The notes under the pieces are model-generated. The model saw only the letters and a program-made list of their open reading frames with translations, searched no databases and was not told where the DNA came from. A DNA stretch of 63,397 bases, counting the filler, from Polymyxa betae A26-41 (Eukaryota > Protista > Endomyxa: Phytomyxea): the NCBI GenBank assembly GCA_003693705.1. It is 5 parts of 5 records of this genome, joined end to end, with 100 filler letters (N's around TTAATTAATTAA, not from the genome) between each part and the next. Parts side by side here need not be neighbours in the genome. Positions count along the whole stretch, not along the records: positions 26,551 to 37,118 come from RBZT01000863.1; positions 37,219 to 54,389 come from RBZT01000724.1; 3 more parts are not named here. The stretch is one strand, 5' to 3'. Below are positions 27,327 through 40,111 of the stretch, piece after piece (within the stretch, counting starts at the first letter, position 1; every line of letters starts with the position of its first letter). Both the position numbers and the translations under genes were made by a program.

Positions 27327-28952
27327 CCATTCTGCATATAATTGTCGGTGTGTTGCAAGTAATACGCTGGTTTTAACTGAATCCACGATTTCTCTAGCAG
27401 TAAATTTCAATTTTTTACAGGGAGGAGAACTGTCTGGACCCAGAGCTGATGCTGATTCTTCATTGCTAAGATCAACAGCTGCTGTAGATGATATATCAAA
27501 TACAATATCAACTTGGTCCATATTGATATTTTTCTGCAAAAGTTTGCTAGAGTCGAAAGTCTGTGGAACAGTTTGAGGGACGTTTTATTGGGCTTCGAAA
27601 AGTTTGCAGGATCTTTATCAATGACTGTAAGCACCGGGAGGCTCCCCTGAATTTTTGAGATGAAAAGCATTCATTCACAGACTTTTAAAGCCTTTTGCGG
27701 ACATCTTTGATATGTTTGTCAATTTCATATAATATGAAATCACGGAATTCGATAGCCGATTGTAATGAACGGAATGTTTTGTATAATCGTTTATCCAATT
27801 ATTTCTACTTGATATGAAACAGTACCATTTTTATTTGTAATTACTCTTATGTTATGAAGTGGGAGATCGTGTGCGACATGAGACTGACTTCTTGACGTCG
27901 CCGAACCTCTGATCGCAAATCTGAAATTTATTGTCAATGGTCTGATGAAGCGAAACTATTAATAATGGAGAATAACTAGCATTATTCGTTTTTGTTATCG
28001 GCGGTGTATATTAATCCCCATTTGTTGAACTAATTTTGAATATTCTCACGGCAGAATTAGAATTTATCGTAAGTTTCGACTCATGAGCACGTTTTTTCCA
28101 ACCGTTGTAGCAGAAGATGGGTCGATTGCAACTTTGACCACAAACTGATCAAGTGGGAGAGATGTTTTGAATTCATATTGTTGTTTCTTGAAGCCTGGAT
28201 ATACTGCGTCCGGGACAAAAAAGAAAAGTTTTACCCGTTTCCCGCCATACAATTTGATAACACTCTGCAACTTCTCATACCCTTTAATGGGATGGTGTGG
28301 GGTAACTGTGAACTGTAACAGACCATCCGTGATCATGGCGTCTAGTGCCGGGAAGTTCCGACTTAGAGGTTGATAATAAGTAGGATCAAGAGCATCTGGA
28401 ATTGTTTTGAAGACTTCGACATTGTTACGTTTGGCAAACACAGCTGTACTTTAAAGAGCCACGAACTTCTGATTTCACGTTAGACGATGTTTCAACAATG
28501 ACGAACCATAATCGTTACCTTCTAAGGAAGCGATGTTGAAACTTCAGTTGGTCAGAATGTGGGAACAAGAAATGCATGTAGCAATTGAAGAGATGTCCTC
28601 CAAGAGCGCCTTGATCACCGATTAAAGATTTCAGCTTTTTCAATGTTTCCTTAAATGTTTTTCAAAGAGCAACACCCCAATATAATCAGAAGCAATATCT
28701 AATTCTTGAACCCCGAGGTCGTTATTCACGATTATATGAAGCAGCATATGCGAAGTCGGAAACGTTCTGGATGGATTACCAGTGTATCAACTTATATTTT
28801 CTCCTAATGAAGTAATAAATACTGCGTCACAGCGCACTATTTAAACCACATTGCGATACTACGCAAATGGTAACATAAGGGTTTAAAAGTCAAGACCGCC
28901 GGAAGCTGAAGGCCCCCAAGCCCTGAATCACGTTCCGTCGGAATTGCGTCAC

Positions 28953-29160
28953 TGTCATGCCCAAGACCCATCAATCAAGGCCCATCCGGCGCGGCCTCCG
29001 ATCCGGCAGTCGCGTGCCTTGAAATCAAGGACACGCACCCGGACTTTTACTCCTGTCTTGTTTCTAACTTTCATTTTCATTCATTCTCAATACAAGCTCT
29101 GGTTCCAACCGTCCAGACTTTCGTCTCTCATCTCGTACTTTCTTAGCTCTGTGCTTGACA
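28953..29160 (+). repeat. 5' LTR
   Basis: Direct repeat with 34085-34292. Confidence 0.97.
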
Positions 29161-29177
29161 CTTTTTTTGGACGAGTC

Positions 29178-32100
29178 ATGAACACGCAAGAGAATCAGTC
29201 AACAAACGGGGACCAGTCTCCCGTTGCAGCTGCGCAGCCTCCGCACCACGGCGCAACACGCGAATCTTTACTGCAGCGTATCTACATCGAACAAGAACGC
29301 ATCGCGAACATCTCTAATCAGCTGAACGACCTTCTCACTGAAGATTTTAACACTTTATCAAGCACTCAGCAACGGAATCACGAATCTCGCGTCGCATCTC
29401 TGAACGAGGAGGTTTCTCGGATTACAAGACACATCAACATGCTCCGGAATGCTTATGACGCTCTCTCGCCCGTCAATCTCGGACAGGCAATGCCCAGCGC
29501 ATATCAAATTCAGCCCCGAGCGGGTCCTGCCCATTCGGCCCCGGCCAACCATGCACGACTTCCTGCCAAACTACCCCGATTTAAGCTACCCACCGCCACG
29601 GAGCCAAGGTCCGCGGACGATTTCCTGTCCGAATTACGGCGCCGACTCCGAGCGGACTCCTATCCTGAAGAACGCTACTCCGAAGCCATCGCAGCCTGCT
29701 GTGATACGGCTGAAGGCGACTGGGTCACCGAAAATCTTGTCGCTAAAGGCTATACATGGGATCAAGTACGTGAACGCTTTCTGAAACACTTTGTTGACGA
29801 CGATATCCGCCATCACTATGAACAGGAGCTCATCCATTGCTCTCGTGAAACTGGTGAAGGATTACTTTCATTCGGAGATCGATATCTATCTCTCATGAAG
29901 GACGCGAACAAGGACGCGGACAAAATCTTCGAATATACCACGGAGTTCATCTGCCTACTACCACGTGGCGCTATCAACTGGCTTAACGGCATCAAAGCGG
30001 CCAATCCTGACAGGATTAATACGGTCCGAAAAATGGTAAACGCGCTCACTTTATACTGCTCAGCAGATCGAACAGCAAACGCGAATCGTAAAAACGGCAG
30101 CAGCTCCAATGACCAACACAAGGCCAACCAGAACCAGCCCAGTACAGCCAACACCAACCGCAACCGGGCACCGAAACCGAACAAGCAGCAGAAAACTTCA
30201 ACCTGCGACTTCCACGGAGTCTGCGGACATTCTACTGCGGAATGCCGCCGCCTCAACCAGGGATCCTCCACGCAGCCCACACAGAGCGCGAACGATAGTC
30301 CCACAACTCCATCCTCTTCAACCAAGAACGGTAATGTTACATGTTACGCATGTCAACGACCCGGACATCTCGCTACGAACTGCCCGAGCCGTCAATGCTC
30401 GACATCATCGGCACCCTCAGTCAGCTCGACGACCACTTCATCACGATCTCAGACTTGCAACCCGACGACTCATACCAACCATCTCATTGAGAACTCCGCG
30501 CAGCCCGATACTGACATGATCGACGACGGCTACAACGAAAACGTCATCTCTGCGCAGGGATATCACCCCCTCTTCGACCAAGTACAAACCATGCACAGTT
30601 CTGAAATGTCTCTCAAGGACACCAGCCAATTCCGCCCGGATTACTCTACCGCAATTTCCTCAACTATTTTCCTAGATGGAACTCCGGTCGAAGGCTATGT
30701 CGATACGGGAGCCTCCAATTCCACCATATCTGAGGATGTTTTCGATATGTTCTCGGAAACCACCCGCAGGACACATCGGCCCGCCAGATCAGGGCAGATC
30801 ATCTCATTAGGCGTCGACGGACACTACGCTCCTCGACCCGGCTCTGCTATAGTTCCCGTCGTTTATAGAGATCGTCAATTCAACTTCAAATCCGACATCG
30901 GCAAGCCACCCAAAGGTATCGCAGCCATTGTTGGCCGAGACCTACAGGCCATGCTCGGCATCACCATCACGGGGCTGCGCCTGCCCAATAAGTCCGCCAA
31001 CGTCGCACCAATTGTGGACCCTACACCCTCTCTCTGTGACCCGGATAAGTCATCTCCGCATCCTCTCTCTTTAGATCCACGATTGTTGAAAGCAATTTCC
31101 CTGAACCAGTCCATACCAATGAACAGTTTCTGTAATCTACCAGAAGCCACTGTGTATTTGGAGACCGGCGATAAAACGCCCATATTTCGACGCCAATATC
31201 CCATTCCGCATTCCGCCAAGCACGTGGTCGACGCCCAAGTTCAGCAATGGATCGACGACGGCAAAGTTTCGGACGCACCAAGTGGTTGTCAATGGAACCT
31301 TCCGTTATTAGTGGCGTTAAAAAAGGATCCTGTCACTGGCGAACGCAAACCCGGTCGCTTGTGTATCGATCCTCGAGCACTTAACCTGCTATTGGCTCAG
31401 GACCGTTACCCGCAACCGTTAGTGTCCGAGGTTTTTCAGTTCCTTTCAGGGAAGTCCATATTCAGTGCTATCGACCTGGAGCAGAGATTTCTTCAGCTAC
31501 CTGTTCACGAACCACATCGGCAAAAGTTGTCTTTCACATGGTCCGGGCGACACCTGATGTTCGTTGGAACTCCGTTTGGACTTGTATCGGTTTGGGAACC
31601 AACTAAGCAATCTAAGGCTTCTTTCGAGTCGTTCCTCAACATTCCCCAGGGCATCCTCATATCCCCAGTAGCTAAGCGCTCCGTAGTGGTATCCCGAAAC
31701 CCCTCAAAAATCCTCAGTCATCAGCGTGACTCGAACCCCGGACCTCCGGAGACGAACACATTTTTGTATCAGTTTGGGAACCAACTAAGCAATCTAAGCG
31801 CTTAGATTGCTTAGTTGGTTCCCAAACCGATACAGACTGAAACCTACATCCTCTGTTCTTCAACGGACTATGTGTCGTATTTTAGACGGATCCAGTTCCG
31901 CCATGCCATTTCTTGACGACGTACCAGTCGGATCGTTATCACCAGAGGAGCATCTTGAAGACCTGGTCGACACGATCGATCGTCTAACAAGTGCCAGCCT
32001 ACGCATTAATCTCAAAAGGCGCACTTTTTTCGACCCCCATTACATCCTCTCGGCCACACCTTCTCGGCCGACGGCCTTTCGATCGACAGGCGCAAATTAG

Positions 32101-34154
32101 TCGATGTCCAGAACTGGCCAACACCACAGTCCGGAAACGACATTGAGAGATACCTCGGTCTCATTAATTACTTCCGGGACTTCACTCCCTGTTATTCAAC
32201 TATCGCCGCACCGCTGGAAGCCACGCGGAAACTCCCATCAATCAATCCATCGAACTGGACCCCAGATCGTCAACATGCATTCGAATTTCACAAGGAGATC
32301 TTACAGCAGGGTACATTTCTGTACTTTCCGGACTTTGACAATGAGTTCAGAATTGCAACTGACGCTTCGGAGGTCGGCATTGGCGCAACCCTCTATCAAT
32401 TGCGCAACAACTCCGCCGAGGACACCACGGACAACCGGAAGTACAATCTGTTTGCCGCCCGCGCACTTCACCCATCGGAGCGGAATTACTCCGCGACCAA
32501 AAAGGAGTTTCTTGCAATCGTTTTTGCACTCAAACGCTTTCATTATTTCGTATGGGGGCGACACTTTAAACTTTTCACAGATCATCGCGGACTCTCTTTT
32601 CTGTTTACGCAGAAAGATCCATCACCTCTTATGGCGAATTGGATCGACGTTATCCTCGACTACGATTTCGACATCTTTCACCGACCCGGAATTTTGAACA
32701 TCCTTCCAGACGCCCTTTCACGTCTCTATCCAGCACCACAAGTTCACCATTCAGCTCCAGCAGATTCTTCAGCACATCAATTAGATGCTACTGCTATTCC
32801 GCGCTCCGCGATTCCGGAACATCTCCGTCGCGAAACCAGCGAATGCGCGCACCTCCACGGACATTTTGGAGTTAAAGCTACCGTTTCTCGTCATATCGAA
32901 GAAGGTTCCGTTTGGCCATCTATGCGGACAGATGTCACCGAATTCATCAAATCCTGTACAGCATGTCAGCGTTACAACATCGTCAGAAAAGGGTTCCATC
33001 CCTTAACTCCGATCACTGCCAGCCAGCAAATGGATCACATTGCGATTGACACAGCGCTTTCTTTTCCAACATCAGAGATCGGTAACAACATTCTTCTAGT
33101 TGTAGTTTGTGTTCATACACGTTTCTGTTTTCTCCGAGCTCTTCTGGACAAAAGTGCGGTTTTTGTTGCTTCTGCATTATTCAACATTTTCATCGACTTC
33201 GGATTTCCACGAATCATTCAATCTGACAACGGAACGGAGTTCGTTAACCAGCTCATGCACGCAATGACAAACGTTGCCGGCATTGATCATAGGCTCACTA
33301 CCAAATATCATCCCCGCGCAAACGGCCTAGCCGAGCGTTTCGTTCAAACGTCCTGTCGTGCAATCCACAAATTACTTGAAGCCGAGGACCGCAAGTGGGA
33401 TCGTTATGTCGCAGCCGTACAACTCTATATGAACACAAAGATCGCGTCAGTACACGAATCCGCGCCGTTCAGCGTCATGTTCGGGCGAAAATCAAACCCA
33501 ATTATCGACTACCAACAGAATTCATCTTCTTATCCTCAGTCATTCACGACTGATGAATTTCTTCCATTCCGAGATCATCTTCAATGGTTTTCTGACGTCC
33601 TGTTTCCCGCCATTTCGGACAAGCTCTCTGGTAACGCTGCTCGTGCCATAACTAACTATGCCAGACATCATCGCATTTTAAAAGACCCATTTCCAGCAGG
33701 CTCTTACGTCATGGTTATCGATCCGACACGCTCCAACAAGAACCGCCCATATTATGAAGGACCTTACAAGGTTCTCCGCCGCACTAAGGGTGGCAGTTAT
33801 CAACTGCTAGACAGCGACCAGACGCTCTATCAACGGGCTATCGCTCCATCGCAAATGAAGCTCGTCTCGAAGGACCCTCGCAACGACCCCCTATCTTTTG
33901 TTGTTGAACGGATTCTAAAACACCGTGGATCCCCTTCTCGACGTGAATATCTTGTACGCTGGAAGCGCATGAGCCCGGACGAAGACTCCTGGGAGCCTTT
34001 TACCATCTTTGACGACCAGCAGATCATCGCGGACTATTGGTCCCGCACTTCTTCAAATTCACGTTCCATTTCGGGGAAGGGTGATGTCATGCCCAAGACC
34101 CATCAATCAAGGCCCATCCGGCGCGGCCTCCGATCCGGCAGTCGCGTGCTTTGA
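29178..34154 (+). pseudogene. gag-pol polyprotein, disrupted by an insertion and frameshifts in RT/RH
   Basis: Zn knuckle CYACQRPGHLATNC, protease VDTGAS, RT GTPFGL|KP..FLDD, RH ERNYSATKKE, IN H..H..C..C plus SDNGTEF, GPY motif, chromodomain VERILKHR..YLVRWK..DSWEP. Confidence 0.95.
31583..31834. mobile_element. 252-bp non-autonomous TIR element (TGT..ACA, 4-bp TSD GACT) with a third internal TIR copy
   Basis: 34-bp TIRs, GACT at 31579-31582 and 31835-31838. Removing it restores GTPFGLKPTSSVLQRTM. Confidence 0.93.
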
Positions 34155-34292
34155 AATCAAGGACACGCACCCGGACTTTTACTCCTGTCTTGTTTCTAAC
34201 TTTCATTTTCATTCATTCTCAATACAAGCTCTGGTTCCAACCGTCCAGACTTTCGTCTCTCATCTCGTACTTTCTTAGCTCTGTGCTTGACA
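34085..34292 (+). repeat. 3' LTR
   Basis: Direct repeat with 28953-29160, preceded by the PPT. Confidence 0.97.
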
Positions 34293-35811
34293 GTCACAGA
34301 CATGCGTCACGGACCGCGGAACTACCCTGGAAGAATTACAGTTTGATTAAAACAGCATTACGATTTTACAGCACTAACTCCAACGACTATCACGTTTTAG
34401 TAGAAGTGTTATACCAGGTGAATCGATCGACTTGCGAGCATCAGCGTCATTAACTGCAGCATCAAGAGAAGGAAGATCGCCCTTTGTCCAAAATACAGTG
34501 CGAGCAATACCTCCATAACGACGAAATCTGAACTGCAGATCTTTAGAGGAGAGATCGGGATAGCATTCAGGCTGACAAGTCTCCAGTTCTTCGAGTGTCC
34601 AAACAGGTAGATACAGAGGAGTTGTCTTCCGTTGCTTCCACCATTGTTGATATATGTTATTACGGGGAGAGGAAATGAAAAGGGTCAAACACATAGAATT
34701 TAGCGGTTTCGTCATCGCCCCATCAATAAAGTAGAACGTTGAAGACTTGAGTACTAAAACCCTTACCGATGGTAAATCATTCAGCATGAACACATTTCCG
34801 TTACTACAGTAACGATAAAAATTGTCTGAATGTTGATATACAATTTTTTTTTCGGCTAGGATTGGCGTATTCAGTATTCGAAGAAACAGGTACATTACGA
34901 GACGGCTCTTGCCAATTCCCGGGGTTCCGGAGAGAGCATGAATACGATACCGAGGAACGTCGACCAAAAAACGATGGAACCATTTGACATACGACTCTCG
35001 AATGAACAATATTTTGAACTCATCGTCCGCTGGAGGGTACGGAAACGGGCAGTTCGAGCGAATAAACTTGTCATCGTCATTCATGGACAATCCCAGCAAC
35101 TGCGTCCACTGTTCGGTTAGATTAGGCATGGCCGTTTGCAGACCTATCACGAAAGTCAAAAGAAATTATGTATTCAAAAATTCGGGAATGTAACATTTTT
35201 TGTTGCAGCAATCATCAAAAATAATCAATACATATTCAGTAAAAACGTGCAATAATCCACAGAGCAATAGTGTGAAACTTCTGTGAAAAACTGCGCAAAA
35301 GGTACCAGACGGGGCGGAGGCAGGGCGAAGAGCGGCTAAGGCAGCATCACGAGCTCGTTCAGCTCGGTCGGCGGCATCACGCAGAAGATCAAGATTAGCG
35401 CCGGCGGCGGCATTGAGATACGCGTCGGCCGCTGCCTCCGCCTTCGCACGCGCTTGCTTATAGAGGTCCTCCAATGACTACGACGACATTATGATATGAA
35501 AAAACGCCGCAATCAAAATTCACGAGGGTTCTCCTAAGAACATATCAGAAAAGAGAAACAACAATAAGAGACTCAACACTATACAGAGGAAATTAAACAA
35601 GGAAAACATGTAGAGTATCATAATGAATAAACCCATATAGTACTGTAAATGTAACAATAATTGTAAAAGTAATTAAAAGGAGCGTGGGTCCCGGTAGGTC
35701 CTGGTTGGTCCCCTTAAGCCGTGGTCCTGTTGATAATAATGAACAGCATCCCAGATGCTGTTGGCCATCTGGCTGATGATTACAGTTGTTGTGGCCAGTA
35801 TTACAAACTCG

Positions 35812-36916
35812 TCAACGCACGCTTTGAAATACTGTTTCAAATAATTGGTCTTGTTCTTGAGAACTGGTAGACCATTGAATATAGTTCTGCAGTTCTATAT
35901 CATTCTCTGCGCGCATAATCCCTTCAATGACTATTGCAACGGCATATTTAGTGATCAGCTCATGCTTTTCAAAAGTATGCGACGCCGCAAATCGTTCTGG
36001 TCCTTTTACCACTGCTGGTAATTGATTAAGGTTGCCAAAATAAATCTGAATAGGATCTTGCGCTGGCATAATTCCGATTTTGCGTCGTGCTGCAATACAG
36101 GCATCGATAGCGAACGTGGACATTAAAGAACATTCTTCATAAAATATAATGTTGGCATTCTTTAAGAGCGCGGCTTGATCAGATAATGGATCAATTCGGC
36201 CCTCGATATCATAATCGCTCTCTCCCGGTCTTAAACGGTGACATTTCCAGAAAGTCAACGGGTTGAGATCTGCAAGGTTATCCTTGCTTAAATTAGTTGG
36301 ACAGCAACTAATGACGCTGCATTGAAGATTCTGTAATGTCAGGCCTAGCTGAACCTGAACAAAGGATTTACCAGCACCGGCCTTTCCTTCAACATGGAAT
36401 ACTATAGGCATTCCTGGCTGCGAGACAATTGTCCTTAAAATATATTCCATAGCTTGTACTTGTGGTCGTGTCAATTATGGACAATATTGGAAATTAATAA
36501 CTCTGCATCCAAAGGACTTAAATCTTTGAAAGCGGGAATTTTTGTTGTTCATGCTGTAGAATAGCAGCATCATTTTACGCTCCAAATTGGCTTTAGTATA
36601 ATCGGGTTAATAATTGTCGCATGTTCTCATTTCGAATCAGATAAAGTAGATAATTATCTTCGACGTGATGATTGCGGAGTACCCGCTCGAACATGACATT
36701 TGGTGTCTTTTCCTGATCATTAACGATATCGAGATCATAACATAATTGCTCGAAGCTATTGTTATGCTCAGCAATGAGTGATTTCCAATCTCGAAAAATC
36801 ACATATAAATAAGGCAGCATACAATAGAAATCTTCACCATCAGAAGGATTATAGAAATGGAATCGAATGGTTCTAGCAGCTAGTCGATGCTCTGGATATA
36901 TACAGCAGAAATACAT
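35812..36916 (-). pseudogene. Helitron-like RepHel relic (PIF1-type helicase region)
   Basis: VEGKAGAGKSF, IFYEECSLMS, YFGNLNQLPAV and IMRAEND, with upstream RFHFYNPSDGEDFYCML. Confidence 0.75.
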
Positions 36917-36929
36917 ATTAGTTGAGGAT

Positions 36930-37118
36930 TATAGCACTTCTACTAAAACGTGATAGTCGTTGGAGTTAGTGCTGTAAAATCGTAATGGTAATTTAATGAA
37001 ACTGTAATTCTTCCAGGGTAGTTCCGCGGTCCGTGACGCATGTCCGTGACGCTATTCCGACGGAACGTGATTCAGGGCTTGGGGGCCTTCAGCTTCCGGC
37101 GGTCTTGACTTGAAACCC
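36930..37118 (-). repeat. Inverted partial copy of the ~286-bp repeat, showing the empty chromovirus site
   Basis: Reverse complement of 28879-28952 joined to 34298-34413 with no LTR element between. Confidence 0.9.
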
Positions 37119-37218
37119 NNNNNNNNNNNNNNNNNNNNNNNNNNNNNNNNNNNNNNNNNNNNTTAATTAATTAANNNNNNNNNNNNNNNNNNNNNNNNNN
37201 NNNNNNNNNNNNNNNNNN
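37119..37218. other. Artificial contig linker
   Basis: N run with TTAATTAATTAA. Confidence 0.99.
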
Positions 37219-38530
37219 TTATTCATATTGAATGGGAAATCTCACACTGAATCTGTAATTCAGAAAAAGCAGCCTGATGATGACGAGATCGCGTTTCTTA
37301 CTGACGAAAACATATTGATTCCACCAATACGTAGACAACGCCCTGCAAAAGTCCCCATCATTATCAACAGTCTCGATGATCAGCTCATGTTGACGGAAAC
37401 GTCGAAATTCTCGTCATCGGAGACCACGTTACAAAAGTTGATATTTGTGGCCAGTTTATGCCTAAAAATAGGTCGGGCCAAGATTACCGACCCGACAGTG
37501 CACCTGAGTGATGGCTGTGGTGAATGGTTACGCCGAACATGTTACCCAGTACTTTCATGTATTCCAATATGCTGTCAGAATGATCTTCGGATTTTTCAAT
37601 CTCGATGGGGAAATCCGTTCTCGCATTATCGCTTTGATAGGCTTTGCTCTAGGTTCAATGGCAAGAGCAAACAGTGCGGATTTGAGAGTCGCATTGTCAT
37701 AGACGATTGGAATAACTTACTCAATTCGCAGCTAGTTTGTGATAGAGAAGGCGCTGTTCATTGTCTTTTGAGTTATTCTTTGAAAAGGAGTTGAGACGGT
37801 ATTACTGTACTCAAGTTTATTTGTATTTTACTCTGAATTTATCACAGAAAAGTATGCTGGAATGGGTTCAGCGAATGAATAAATATCTGAAGCATCCAAG
37901 TTTGAAACATTCATCTGATCTGACTGAATTTCTTCAAGATTCTCTAAACCCAATCTTATACTGTCTTGAACATCATTGCAATAATGATATCGATTATTTC
38001 TCTCATATTTTTGGACATCATATTGATCATTATCAATTTCAAAAGAATTTCTGTCCCGGACCTACTGGACAATGTCCTGCTCTATCTGCGCTAAATGCTA
38101 ACAAAAGTACTTAATCAGTAAAAACCGTACATCAGATTTCTGTCTGCGATATGTCTCGTCCTACTCAACTTTAGAAAGCTCTAAACCGCCTCCTTGCCGA
38201 TGATCTCGGATGTTAGGCTCTAAATAAATCCTGTCTGTAATGATACTGAACGCGACTGTTACAGACATGTCCTGCCATAATATACGAAAAGGGGAGAGCA
38301 TGGTACATTGGGGTTGAGTCTATGTTGGATTATGCAAGTTCCTATCGTACTTTCTGAGGCATCCTTAGGTCCGGACATTCCTTACAGGACATCTAAACTT
38401 TCCAATGCGGCCATGCAAAGTTTGTCTCATTCAATTCTGTGCGGCTGTCTGGCCCTTGGCAAGAAATAACACTTTTAATCAATAGAATTCGGTCTTCTGG
38501 GCAACAGCGCAGAGCGATATTTTTGTCTGA

Positions 38531-38924
38531 TATACCGTTGCGGACAGCTTAACTCTGTAATGAGAGCCAATTTGATCGGACAAGTGCGTACGCAGTTTTA
38601 CATTTTATCATACAAGCACGGAAGTGCGCCATAGAAAAACTGCATCAGCGCAATCTGCGAGACTGCCGCATATAAATTTGCGTAAAAAAATATCTGTTTT
38701 TGCCATACAAGTGCCAATGGATAAGAATTTCTAACAACTTTAAACCGTTATAAGTTCGCAATAAAAATAGTTTTTCGAAACATTTCAACGCTGTTCGAAA
38801 GCTTTCGTTGAGATCTATCGTTAGGCACTGAGTTTTCTGAAGAAAATGTTCTTGGGACCGATTTATAAAGCCCGCATGGTCACCCCTATCAAAATTACAG
38901 AGTTAAGCTGTCCGCAACGGTATA
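38531..38924. mobile_element. MITE with perfect 31-bp inverted ends including TA (Tc1/pogo-like)
   Basis: tataccgttgcggacagcttaactctgtaat (38531-38561) and its reverse complement (38894-38924). A related TIR lies at 45546-45575. Confidence 0.88.
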
Positions 38925-39168
38925 ATGACTTAGAAATTAACGGATAATGTTGATAGGGTGAGAGATTTTTTGTCAGTTGTATGGGGAAAAACCGAATTCG
39001 CAGTTTACTGCGATCGCAAAAAATATTGAATAAAGTCACGCAGTTTGATGAAACTTCCGCGCAGTTTCACTTTTTGGGTGATTTGAGCTCTTTACACTTG
39101 CACGCAGTGGTTAATAGAGTTCTGAGACAGCGCCGATGCATTTAGAGTTCGGCTTCGTTTGACCGGAT

Positions 39169-39904
39169 ATGGGTCGTTTAGGCAGCCGGCATCGTCAGCT
39201 TCGGCTCGCTCGCTCAAAGCGTCAGGCCGGAAAGCAAGATGTTTCCATTGCTCAAACAACTGCTTCTGCATCTGAGCCAGTCTCGGATTCTCATATGATT
39301 ATATTGGACGATTCCATCAAGGACGGCGTTTTGGAAGAATCATCTGCCTCATCTTTAAAATGGATTGAAGACGCATGCTGTAAACGTGTTCCTGTTTATA
39401 TTGGCGACAGCGAACGCACACAGTATCGACGAAAGAATGCGAAGAAGACAATGATCGATTCTGCAAAAGGAAGTGTTGACATTCGGCGATTTATGGGTTT
39501 GGTAGAAAAAGTTCCAAAAAGCAGCGCATAATGTCTTCATATGAGCAACTGTGTAAACGACGAAGTTAGCGAGCTTAGGCTGCCGAGCTTTGACGATCAG
39601 ATCATAAGTGCTCTTTGAGGTGCTGAAAAGACTCACATCTTTATCAAACAATATGCAAGCAATGAAGAAGCTGGATAAAATTCGCAAGTTCGATTTTATC
39701 CGCTTGATTTGCGTTCGTCATTACTTGGAGATGATTCACATGAACCGGAATTTCAAAATGGAGTCTTCATTGACAGTGGCTTCTCGTCTTTTCCATGGCT
39801 TCAGTATCGAATTGAATGCGAAGTGCATAAGCAACAGGGGCTCTTCATGTATCATCCAAAACTTCCGGAAGCGATGCCAGGACACGAACGCATTCGGCTC
39901 CTAA
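39169..39904 (+). pseudogene. Probable N-terminal relic of an IS630/Tc1-like transposase
   Basis: YIGDSERTQYRR and KMESSLTVA..AKCI..LPEAMPGH..RLLI resemble the N-termini of the PKFHCELN-type family. Contains stops and frameshifts. Confidence 0.55.
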
Positions 39905-40111
39905 TTAATGGGTTTAACATCATTTCGTTTAAACAAAGCGCAATCGTGCGAATAATATCACCACATACAACTTTATTATCACTAACTACTGATTATTATG
40001 TCATGTATCATTGTATATATAGAAATCAAATGTTTATTTTCGCCACGATTCTATTGGTTTAATAGTAATGAAAGGATATGAGCCTCTAATGAATTCTAAG
40101 ACCTCTAAAGA

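Larger units (their letters stand above)
28953..34292 (+). mobile_element. Full-length Ty3/Gypsy chromovirus LTR retrotransposon
   Basis: 208-bp LTRs TGTCA..TGACA (28953-29160, 34085-34292; one mismatch seen), 5-bp TSD GTCAC, PPT ggggaagggtga, and gag-PR-RT-RH-IN-chromodomain order. Confidence 0.97.
28783..34413. mobile_element. ~286-bp solo-LTR-like repeat (28783-28952 + 34298-34413) with CCAG target duplication, split by the chromovirus
   Basis: CCAG at 28779-28782 and 34414-34417. The uninterrupted junction is seen in the copy at 36930-37118. Confidence 0.8.
28064..35489 (-). pseudogene. Crinkler/RHS-type P-loop NTPase + restriction-endonuclease-fold gene, interrupted by nested insertions at 28783-34413
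   Basis: Walker A LSGTPGIGKS, YFIDG, PVWTLEEL and YGGIARTVF (34420-35150). The frame resumes as DSPG|NPSRTFPTSHMLLHI after the insertion is removed. C-terminal YYQPLSRNFPALDA..LLQFTVTPHHPIK. Ala-rich first exon with an early TAG. Confidence 0.8.

Noticed and set aside
28944-29177. N-terminal part of the 953-aa ORF
   Set aside because: Read-through of the LTR. Gag starts at ATG 29178.
31620-31730. Possible hammerhead ribozyme (minus-strand CTGATGA..GAAA)
   Set aside because: Stem II does not pair directly next to the core motifs and no stem I/III arrangement was found.
31715-31750. tRNA gene
   Set aside because: Only a T-arm/B-box-like piece. No cloverleaf could be built.
35796-35804. CAGTATTAC, a circovirus-like nonanucleotide
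   Set aside because: No convincing stem, it lies beside the Helitron relic, and it is on a different contig from Rep.
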